Positions 57,247 through 64,000 of a stretch of DNA of 64,000 bases are shown here, one piece after another (within the stretch, counting starts at the first letter, position 1; each line of letters begins with the position of its first letter). A model generated the notes under the pieces. The model ran no database searches. It was not told the DNA's origin and saw only the letters and a list, made by a program, of their open reading frames with translations. The stretch lies in NCBI GenBank assembly GCA_044347565.1, contig JBIKUN010000007.1, positions 3,307-67,306 of the forward strand, given 5' to 3'. The position numbers and the translations under genes were made by a program. The DNA is from Vicinamibacterales bacterium. GTDB lineage: Bacteria > Acidobacteriota > Vicinamibacteria > Vicinamibacterales > UBA2999.

Positions 57247-58029
57247 ATGACACGTCTTGTGAGCGGCGTGGCGCTTGCCGCGTCCGCCTTCGCGCTCATC
57301 TGGTTCCTGCCGACGCCGGCGCTGCTCGCCCTGGCGCTCGCCGTGGCCGGCCTCGCGTTCCTCGAATACGCGAAGCTCGCCCGCGCGGTGGAGGCCCCGC
57401 TGCCGTTCCTGCCGTCGCTGGCCGCCACGCTCGCCGCCTGCGCGGCGGTGGCGCTGCCGTGGGTGCACGTGCCCTCGCTCTTCGGGGTCATCGTCGTGGC
57501 GCTGGCCGTGTCACTCATGACGAGCGGCCTGCACGGCGCGCCGCTCGTGCACGGCGCGGCCGCCGGCATGCTGGCGCCGGTCTACATCGGCCTGCCGCTC
57601 GGCGCGCTCGTCGGCATCCACCAGCTCGCCGGCCGCGAAGGTGTGCTCACGCTCATTGCCACCGTGGCGGCGAGCGACACGTTCCAGTACTACACGGGCC
57701 GCACGTTCGGAAAGCGTCCGCTCGCGCCCACCATCAGCCCGAAGAAGACCATCGAAGGCGCGATTGGCGGCTTCGTGCTGGCGCCGCTCGCGCTCGTGGC
57801 CATCGCGCACTGGTGGCTGCCGCACCTGAACCCGGCCGGGGTGTGGGTGGCGGGGCTCGGCCTCGTCGTGGCCGGCATTGCCGGCGACCTCTTCGAGTCG
57901 TCGTTCAAGCGCGCGGCCGGCATCAAGGACAGCGGCGCGCTCATCCCCGGTCACGGCGGCGTGCTCGACCGCATCGACGCGCTGCTCTTCTGCGCGCCGC
58001 TCTTCTATCTGCTGCTGACGCTCGCATGA
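57247..58029 (+). CDS. cdsA: Phosphatidate cytidylyltransferase
   Basis: ORF trimmed to ATG 57247. SSFKRAAGIKDSGALIPGHGGVLDRID. Confidence 0.85.
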   Translation: MTRLVSGVALAASAFALIWFLPTPALLALALAVAGLAFLEYAKLARAVEAPLPFLPSLAATLAACAAVALPWVHVPSLFGVIVVALAVSLMTSGLHGAPLVHGAAAGMLAPVYIGLPLGALVGIHQLAGREGVLTLIATVAASDTFQYYTGRTFGKRPLAPTISPKKTIEGAIGGFVLAPLALVAIAHWWLPHLNPAGVWVAGLGLVVAGIAGDLFESSFKRAAGIKDSGALIPGHGGVLDRIDALLFCAPLFYLLLTLA

Positions 58030-59189
58030 TTCGCGTCGCGATTCTCGGCGCCACCGGCTCCATCGGCACGAGCGCGCTCTCGGTGGCCGCGGCGCATCCC
58101 GATCGGGTGCGCATCGTCGGCCTCGCGGCCGCGACGAGCGCCGACGCGCTGGCCCCGGCGGTGCGGGCGCACCGGCCCACCGCCGTGTCCATGGCCACTG
58201 ACGAGGCGCTGGCGCGCCTGGCCGCGGCGGCGGATCTTCCGCCCGCGCAGGGTGTGGGTGATGCCGGCCTCGTGATGCTCGCCACGCGGCCCGATGTGGA
58301 TCTCGTGCTCTGCGCCTCGTCGGGCACCGCCGCCCTCGAAGCCGTGCTCGCCGCGATCGACGCCGGCAAGACCATCGCGCTTGCCAATAAGGAAGTGCTC
58401 GTGATGGCCGGCGGGCTCGTGATGGACCGCGCGCGCGCGAAGGGCGTGGCCATCCTGCCGGTCGACAGCGAACACAACGCCATCCACCAGTGCCTGCACG
58501 GGCACCAGACGCAGCACGTGAAGCGCCTCATCCTCACCGCGTCGGGCGGCCCTTTCCGGGGCCGTACGCGCGCCAGCCTCGCGGGCGTGACGCCGGCCGA
58601 GGCCCTGAAGCACCCGACCTGGCAGATGGGCCAGAAGATCACCATCGACTCGGCCACCCTCATGAACAAGGGCCTCGAGGTGATCGAGGCGCACTGGCTC
58701 TTCGGCGTGACCTCCTCGCAGATCGACGTCGTCGTGCATCCGCAGTCGATCGTCCACTCGCTCGTCGAGTTCACCGACGGCTCGATGCTGGCGCAGCTCG
58801 GCACGACCGACATGCGGCTGCCCATCCAGTACGCCTTCTCGTATCCCGATCGCTGGCACACGCCAGTGCCGCATCTCGACCTGGCGCGCGCCGGCACGCT
58901 CGAGTTCCACCCCCCGGCCTGGGACGAATTCCCCTGTCTGCGGCTGGCCTTCCGGGCCCTCGACGCCGATCGCAGCCTGCCCATCGTGCTCAATGCGGCC
59001 AACGAGGTCGCCGTGGCGTCCTTCCTGGCAGGCCAGCTCGGCTTCACGGCGATTGCCGACGTGATTGCCGCCACGATGGACGCACACCGCGCCACCCCGG
59101 TGGAGACGCTGCCGGCCGTGCGGGCGGTGGACGCCTGGGCGAAAGCCCATGCCCTCGAGCTCGTCCGGGTAGAATCGGAGAAGAGGTAG
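58026..59189 (+). CDS. dxr: 1-deoxy-D-xylulose 5-phosphate reductoisomerase
   Basis: ORF trimmed to ATG 58026 (ATGA overlap with cdsA). ILGATGSIG, LANKE, PVDSEHNAI and HPQS. Confidence 0.9.
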   Translation: MIRVAILGATGSIGTSALSVAAAHPDRVRIVGLAAATSADALAPAVRAHRPTAVSMATDEALARLAAAADLPPAQGVGDAGLVMLATRPDVDLVLCASSGTAALEAVLAAIDAGKTIALANKEVLVMAGGLVMDRARAKGVAILPVDSEHNAIHQCLHGHQTQHVKRLILTASGGPFRGRTRASLAGVTPAEALKHPTWQMGQKITIDSATLMNKGLEVIEAHWLFGVTSSQIDVVVHPQSIVHSLVEFTDGSMLAQLGTTDMRLPIQYAFSYPDRWHTPVPHLDLARAGTLEFHPPAWDEFPCLRLAFRALDADRSLPIVLNAANEVAVASFLAGQLGFTAIADVIAATMDAHRATPVETLPAVRAVDAWAKAHALELVRVESEKR

Positions 59190-59196
59190 TGCTGTC

Positions 59197-60540
59197 ATGC
59201 TGACGACGCCGCTGGCGTTTGCGTTCGTGCTCGGGGTGCTCGTGTTCGTGCACGAACTGGGGCATTTCCTGCTGGCCCGCTGGCACGGCGTGCGCGTGCA
59301 CGTCTTCTCGCTCGGCTTCGGCCCGAAGCTGCTGTCGTTCAGGCGCGGCGACACCGAGTACTGCCTGAGCGCCATCCCGCTCGGCGGCTACGTGAAGATG
59401 GCGGGGGAGAACCCGGAAGACAACCCGCAGGGCGCGAGCGACGAGTTCATGTCCAAGACGAAGTGGCAGCGCTTCCAGATCCTGCTGGCGGGCCCGGCCA
59501 TGAACATGATTCTGGCGGTGCTCGTGCTCGCCCTCGTGCTGATGCAGGGCGACCGCGTGCTGGCGTTCCTCTCGAAGCCGGCCGTCATCGGCGCCGTGCA
59601 GGCGGAGTCCGCGGCGGCCAGAGCCGGGCTCGAGCCCGGCGACGAGATCGTGAAGATCAACGGCCGCGCCATCTCGACGTGGGAAGAGCTCGACATGGCG
59701 GTGTCGTCGAAGCCGGAGCTCGACGTCGAGTTCGGGGTGAAACGCGACGGCGTCGAGCGCGCCGTCACGGTGCGGCCCTCGACGACCGAAGTCACCATCC
59801 GCAACGGCGCCACCTTCGAGATCGGCACGATCGGCGTGCTGCCCGACACCTACCCCGTCATCGACAAGGTCAATCCCGGCGACCCGGCCGAGAAGGCCGG
59901 GCTGCTGCGCGGCGACAAGATCATGCGCATCAACGGCGCGCGGATGATCGAAACGCGCACCGTGATCGAGACGCTGCGCGCGCGCGGCGGCCAGCCCACC
60001 GAGGTCGTCGTCGTTCGCAATGGCACCGAGCAGACGCTCACGGTCACGCCCGAGCAGCGCGGCGACACCGCCGTCATCGGCGTCACCCTCGGCAGCGAGA
60101 CCATCAGCTACATGCCGGGGCCGGTCGAGGCGCTCGGCCTGAGCGTGCAGCGCAACGTGCAGACGGCGGGCCTCATCCTGCGCACGCTCGGCGAACTCTT
60201 CACCGGTCAGGCCTCGCCGAAGCAGCTCATGGGCCCGGTGGGTATCGCGTCGCTCTCGGGCAGCGCGGCCTCGCAGGGCTGGGTGGAGCTCTTCGCGCTG
60301 ATGGCGTCGATCAGCCTGAACCTCGGCCTGCTGAACCTGCTGCCGATTCCGGTACTCGACGGCGGTCACATGGCCATCATGGGCATGGAAGTCGTCGCGC
60401 GCCGCGACTTCTCCATGGCGGTCAAGGAGAAGATGCTCTTCGCGGGCTTCGTCGTGATCATGGCGCTCATGGTGACGGTCATCTACAACGACCTCACGCG
60501 TGTCGCCTGGATCGAACGCCTGATGCCCTGGCGCAACTAG
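59197..60540 (+). CDS. rseP: RIP site-2 metalloprotease RseP
   Basis: HELGH, two PDZ-like segments and NLLPIPVLDGGH. Confidence 0.9.
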   Translation: MLTTPLAFAFVLGVLVFVHELGHFLLARWHGVRVHVFSLGFGPKLLSFRRGDTEYCLSAIPLGGYVKMAGENPEDNPQGASDEFMSKTKWQRFQILLAGPAMNMILAVLVLALVLMQGDRVLAFLSKPAVIGAVQAESAAARAGLEPGDEIVKINGRAISTWEELDMAVSSKPELDVEFGVKRDGVERAVTVRPSTTEVTIRNGATFEIGTIGVLPDTYPVIDKVNPGDPAEKAGLLRGDKIMRINGARMIETRTVIETLRARGGQPTEVVVVRNGTEQTLTVTPEQRGDTAVIGVTLGSETISYMPGPVEALGLSVQRNVQTAGLILRTLGELFTGQASPKQLMGPVGIASLSGSAASQGWVELFALMASISLNLGLLNLLPIPVLDGGHMAIMGMEVVARRDFSMAVKEKMLFAGFVVIMALMVTVIYNDLTRVAWIERLMPWRN

Positions 60541-60587
60541 GGCGGGGCCGGGAAGGCCGCGGCCCGGACGGTGACGGCGCGCGGGCG

Positions 60588-60629
60588 TTGACAGTCTGTT
60601 TAGTAGTGAATACACTCCTTATCAGGAGT
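60588..60629 (+). promoter_or_regulatory. Sigma70-type promoter TTGACA-N17-TACACT plus palindromes (AGTGAATACACT; ACTCCT-TATC-AGGAGT) upstream of the Xre-RES pair
   Basis: ttgaca 60588-60593, tacact 60611-60616, and inverted repeat 60614-60629 overlapping the AGGAG SD. This is the most AT-rich stretch of the window. Confidence 0.5.
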
Positions 60630-60634
60630 CATTC

Positions 60635-61072
60635 ATGACAGCTGTGCCGCTGCGGTATCCGGCCACACGCCATCCGGCCGATCTGCCTGCCGACCTGGGG
60701 TCGGCGGCGTCGCGCGAACGGCTGTCGGCCCCGGCGCTCAAGGCCTTCTTCGCCATCATGGCCCGCTGGAAGGTGCGCGACGAAGACGCGCGCGCGCTGC
60801 TCGGTGGTGTCACGAACGGGCCGTTCTACGAGATGAAGCGCCGGCCCGATCGTGTGCTCGAGGTCGACCGCCTCACGCGGGTGTCCTACCTCATCGGCAT
60901 CTTCAAGGCGCTCAACATCCTGCACGGCCAGGCCCTGGCCGACGAATGGGTGCACCTGGCGAACCGGCATCCGCTCTTCGGCGGCCGTGCGCCGCTGGCC
61001 TTCATGATCGAGGGCGGCCTGCCGGCGCTGCAGACGGTGCGCCGCCTGCTCGACGCGCGCCGCGCCGGCTGA
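60635..61072 (+). CDS. Xre/MbcA/ParS-type antitoxin (DUF2384 toxin-binding domain)
   Basis: Sits upstream of, and overlaps by 1 nt (TGATG), a RES-domain gene. The C-terminal ..WVHLANRHPLFGGRAPLAFMIEGGLPALQTVRRLLDA is typical of DUF2384. Confidence 0.75.
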   Translation: MTAVPLRYPATRHPADLPADLGSAASRERLSAPALKAFFAIMARWKVRDEDARALLGGVTNGPFYEMKRRPDRVLEVDRLTRVSYLIGIFKALNILHGQALADEWVHLANRHPLFGGRAPLAFMIEGGLPALQTVRRLLDARRAG

Positions 61073-61764
61073 TGACGCCGCCGGTCTCGCTGGTGCGCCA
61101 GTATGACACCCACCGGCTGATTCCGTCGCACCACGCCCCGAAGGGCGACAGCGTGCTGGCCGCCCTTGCCGGCGACGACGCGCACCTGCAGGCGATCTTC
61201 GAACTCGACGCCGCGACCAACGACCGGCTGCTGGCGGAACACTCGCGGCTGCCGGGCATCGGTCCGAAGGAGCTGGTGTTCGGCGTGCCCCACGCGGCCG
61301 TGGTCAACGCGTCGTTCTGCCACGCGCAGCCGCTCGGCGCGCGGTTCAGCGGGCCCGACCGCGGTGCCTGGTACGCCGCCTTCGACCTCGAGACATCGCA
61401 GGCCGAAGTGGCCTTCCACAAGTCCGTGCAGCTGGCCGAGATCGACCGCTTCGACGACTCGGTGACCTACGACGACTATCTCGCCGACTTCAGCGCCAGC
61501 TTCCACGACCTGCGTGCGGCGACGAAGGCGGTGCGCGCCTGGCTCGACCCCGCCAGCTACGAGGCCTCGCAGCGTCTGGCGGAAGATCTGCTCGAACAGG
61601 ACGCGCTCGGCGTGGTCTACCCGAGCGTGCGCCACGATGGCGGCACGTGCGTGGCGTGTTTCCGGCCGGCGCTCGTGATGAACGTGCGCCGCGCGCGCAC
61701 CTACCGGTTCACGTGGGGCGGCACGCCCACGCCCAAGGTGACGGTCGAACGCACGCCCCGCTGA
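61072..61764 (+). CDS. RES-domain toxin (MbcT/ParT-like NAD+-targeting enzyme)
   Basis: ORF trimmed to ATG 61072. YDTHRLIPSHH, ATNDRLLAE, GARFSGPDRGAWYAAFDLETSQAEVAFH (Arg/Glu region) and VVYPSVRHDGGTCVACF (Ser region). Confidence 0.8.
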   Translation: MTPPVSLVRQYDTHRLIPSHHAPKGDSVLAALAGDDAHLQAIFELDAATNDRLLAEHSRLPGIGPKELVFGVPHAAVVNASFCHAQPLGARFSGPDRGAWYAAFDLETSQAEVAFHKSVQLAEIDRFDDSVTYDDYLADFSASFHDLRAATKAVRAWLDPASYEASQRLAEDLLEQDALGVVYPSVRHDGGTCVACFRPALVMNVRRARTYRFTWGGTPTPKVTVERTPR

Positions 61765-61768
61765 GCCC

Positions 61769-63484
61769 TCAGCGGCCGGGCTGCGCGGTCGCGTGGCGCA
61801 GCACCTTGCCGGGCTTCGTGCCGGTGTGTGTGCCTTCGTCGAGCACGACCGCGCCGTTCACGACGACCGTGTCGATGCCCTGCGGGTAGCTGAACGGGTT
61901 CTCGAAGGTGGCGGTGTCGCGCACTTCGGCCGGATTGAAGATCACGAGGTCCGCCCACTTGCCGGCCGCGATCGTGCCGCGATCCGGCAGCTGCAGCGTG
62001 TCGGCCGGGAGCGACGTCATCTTGCGAATGGCGTCTTCGAGCGGAATCACCTTCTCGTCGCGCACGTACTTGCCGAGCACGCGCGGGAAGGTGCCGAAGT
62101 TGCGCGGATGCGGCACGCCCGACCGCAGCGGTCCTTCGATCGAGAGCGCCGAGCCATCGGAGCCAATCGACACCCACGGCTGCGTCAGCGCCAGCTTCAC
62201 GTCGTCTTCCGACATGATGAAGTAGACGCAGGCCACGCTGCCGCGTGTGGCCACGAGCAGATCGAACACGAAGTCGAACGGATCCTTGCCGGCGGCTTTC
62301 GCGGCGTCGGCGACGCGCATGCCTTCGTATCTGCGGTTCGTCGAGTCGTCGGTCGTGGCGACGCCACGCGTGCGGCCGATGGCGGCGAGCTGCACGTTGG
62401 CCCAGGTGCCGGCCGACTGGTAGCGGTTGTCCCACTCGGCATTCGGGTCTTCCATGTCGCGACGCACGCGCGCCCGCGTGGCCCGATCGCTCAGCCGCGC
62501 GACCATCTTGTCGGCGCCGCCGTCCATCACCCACTGCGGCAGGGTGGCGGTGAGGCTCGTGCTGCTGGCGATGTAGGGGTAGATGTCGGCCGTGACCTTG
62601 ACGCCGCGGCCGCGCGCCGCCTCGACGAGCTCGACCACTTCCTTCATGCGGCCGAAGTTGGCCTGGCCGGTGACCTTGATGTGGAAGACGTGCACCGGGA
62701 TCTTCGCGCCTTCGCCGATGGCGATGGCCTCGCCGATGCCGTCGCGCAGCTTCTTGCCGTCGTGCCGCAGGTGCGAGGCGTAGCGGCCGCCCATCGCCGC
62801 TGCCGGCGTCGAGAGGGCGATGAGCTCGTCGAGTGTGGCGAAGGCGTTCGGTGGATAGATGAGCCCGGTCGAGACCCCGGCCGCGCCCTGCTGCATCGAC
62901 GCGGTGACGAGGTCCTGCATCTTCTTCAGCTCGTCGGCCGTGGGCGGACGGTTGTCGTTGCCGATGACCATCTCGCGCGCCGTGCCGAGACCGACGTACG
63001 AGATCAGGTTGACGGCGATACCCTGCTTCTCGAGCAGGCCGAAGTAGCCGGCGAAATCCGTCCACGGCTGCGTCTCGGTCGCGGCGGCCTGCGGCGCAAT
63101 CGAGCCCGACTCGCCGATGACTTCCGTGGTCACGCCCTGGCGGATCTTGCTCTGCGCGTTGCCGTCGGTTACGAGCGGCATGTCGGAGTGCGAGTGCATG
63201 TCGATGAAGCCGGGCGCGACGACGCGGCCCTTTGCATCGATGACGCGTGTGGCACGGCTCGCCGCCGCGGTGGCGGCCGCCGGGTCGAAGACCTCGGTGA
63301 TGCGTCCGCCGCTCACGGCCACGCCGCCCTCGCGCGCCGGCGCGCCGGTGCCGTCGATGATCCGCGCGTTCGTGATGAGCAGCTCGATGGCGGGTGGCGG
63401 CGGTGCCGGCTGACTGCAGGCGGTCAGGGCGCAGAGCGACGCCGCCGCGGCTCCCCGCGACAGGGCACGAATCGACACCAGCAT
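61769..63484 (-). CDS. N-acyl-D-amino-acid deacylase (D-aminoacylase) family amidohydrolase, lipoprotein
   Basis: Lipobox LTAC, FIDMHSHSD, HVFHIK, and the C-terminal ADLVIFNP...VVVNG beta-sandwich. Confidence 0.8.
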   Translation of the reverse strand: MLVSIRALSRGAAAASLCALTACSQPAPPPPAIELLITNARIIDGTGAPAREGGVAVSGGRITEVFDPAAATAAASRATRVIDAKGRVVAPGFIDMHSHSDMPLVTDGNAQSKIRQGVTTEVIGESGSIAPQAAATETQPWTDFAGYFGLLEKQGIAVNLISYVGLGTAREMVIGNDNRPPTADELKKMQDLVTASMQQGAAGVSTGLIYPPNAFATLDELIALSTPAAAMGGRYASHLRHDGKKLRDGIGEAIAIGEGAKIPVHVFHIKVTGQANFGRMKEVVELVEAARGRGVKVTADIYPYIASSTSLTATLPQWVMDGGADKMVARLSDRATRARVRRDMEDPNAEWDNRYQSAGTWANVQLAAIGRTRGVATTDDSTNRRYEGMRVADAAKAAGKDPFDFVFDLLVATRGSVACVYFIMSEDDVKLALTQPWVSIGSDGSALSIEGPLRSGVPHPRNFGTFPRVLGKYVRDEKVIPLEDAIRKMTSLPADTLQLPDRGTIAAGKWADLVIFNPAEVRDTATFENPFSYPQGIDTVVVNGAVVLDEGTHTGTKPGKVLRHATAQPGR

Positions 63485-63507
63485 GCGGAACTCCTTCGAC
63501 GGACGAA

Positions 63508-64000
63508 CTACTGGAAATGCGCGCGGATGGCGTCCACGAGCGCCGGGATCGACGGCACGGCCGGCACGATCGCCGGCTCGACGCCCAGGCGGCGCACGGC
63601 ATCGGTGGCCGCCAGGCCCGCCGTGGCCACCGTGGTGTGCGCCAGCAGGTCGGCCACCTGTTCCTCGCCGTAGAGCGTGGCGAAGCCGCGCACCGCCGCG
63701 GCACTCGTGAAGGTGACGACGTCGATGCGGCGCTGCAGCAGCTGCCCGTAGACGTCGAGCTCGGGGTTGTCGTCCACCGCGAGCGTGCGGAACGAGGGCG
63801 CCTGCGTCACCTCGGCGCCGGCGGCACCGAGCGTTTCGCCGAGGCTGTCGCGTCCGCCCGCGGCCGCCGGCACGAGCACCCGCCGTCCGGCCAGGGCCGC
63901 GCGTCCGCCGAGCCCCTCGACCACACTCTCGACGGGCTGCCCCTCGAGATCCAGGTCGACGCGGATGCCGAAGCGGGCGAGCCGCTCGGCCGTGCCGACG
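63508..64000 (-). CDS. hemD: Uroporphyrinogen-III synthase, C-terminal part (5' end outside window)
   Basis: The reading frame stays open to the window edge (..VGTATAERLARFGIRVDLDLEGQPVESVVEGL..RRVLVPAAAGGRD..IDVVTFTSAAAVRGF), the two-lobe HemD pattern. Confidence 0.6.
   Translation of the reverse strand, partial: VGTAERLARFGIRVDLDLEGQPVESVVEGLGGRAALAGRRVLVPAAAGGRDSLGETLGAAGAEVTQAPSFRTLAVDDNPELDVYGQLLQRRIDVVTFTSAAAVRGFATLYGEEQVADLLAHTTVATAGLAATDAVRRLGVEPAIVPAVPSIPALVDAIRAHFQ

Noticed and set aside
61701-63704. ORFs 61701..63704 (-; 667 aa) and 61793..63673 (+; 626 aa)
   Set aside because: These are out-of-frame and antisense to the D-aminoacylase gene, whose frame shows amidohydrolase motifs and a lipobox. 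They would also run across the hemD boundary.

Overview
Very GC-rich (by eye about 70%, not computed), densely coding chromosomal segment from a diderm bacterium. Pal, TolC, a TonB-dependent receptor, a GldFG-type ABC system and CRTAC1/ASPIC and DUF5916 proteins are consistent with an Acidobacteriota- or Gemmatimonadota-like soil organism; this is inference only. I support about 52 protein genes, most of them housekeeping.

Gene content by region:
- GldA/F/G-like ABC exporter plus a DUF4340 protein (1-4289).
- Penicillin/AHL-acylase-family Ntn hydrolase (4417-6936).
- CadC-like ArsR repressor and a Zn/Cd/Pb-type P1B ATPase (7000-9575).
- REC-PilZ regulator lying divergent to a LysW-like polyacidic zinc-ribbon ORF, a LarE-like enzyme, a GT-C glycosyltransferase and pal (9578-14645).
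- Pyrimidine synthesis in three loci: pyrK-pyrD-pyrF (14728-17179), pyrR-pyrB-pyrC plus a PRTase paralog (21800-25257), and pyrE (55049-55618).
- TonB-dependent receptor and a membrane AlkP-family protein.
- A block rich in nitrogen and amino-acid catabolism genes (26810-39350): asparaginase, PLP decarboxylase-gabT-gabD, two M28 peptidases and a formamidase.
- Three large secreted or outer-membrane proteins (39357-45753).
- pntAB, greB, LPS-type glycosyltransferases and tolC.
- The conserved truA-uppS-cdsA-dxr-rseP envelope/isoprenoid cluster.
- A RES-Xre toxin-antitoxin pair, a D-aminoacylase and a partial hemD.

I saw no rRNA, tRNA, CRISPR array, transposase or integrase.

I did not find a clearly novel multi-gene system. 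The observations most worth a second look are:
- the LysW-like hyperacidic protein coupled to a LarE-type enzyme;
- a recurrent -10 box placed 6-10 nt before start codons, suggesting leaderless mRNAs;
- the structured pyrR leader, with heptad inverted repeats and a possible uORF;
- a second, divergent PRTase inside the pyr operon;
- the translationally coupled decarboxylase-gabT-gabD operon.

Many long ORFs in the six-frame track are antisense or out-of-frame artefacts of the high GC content and were rejected.
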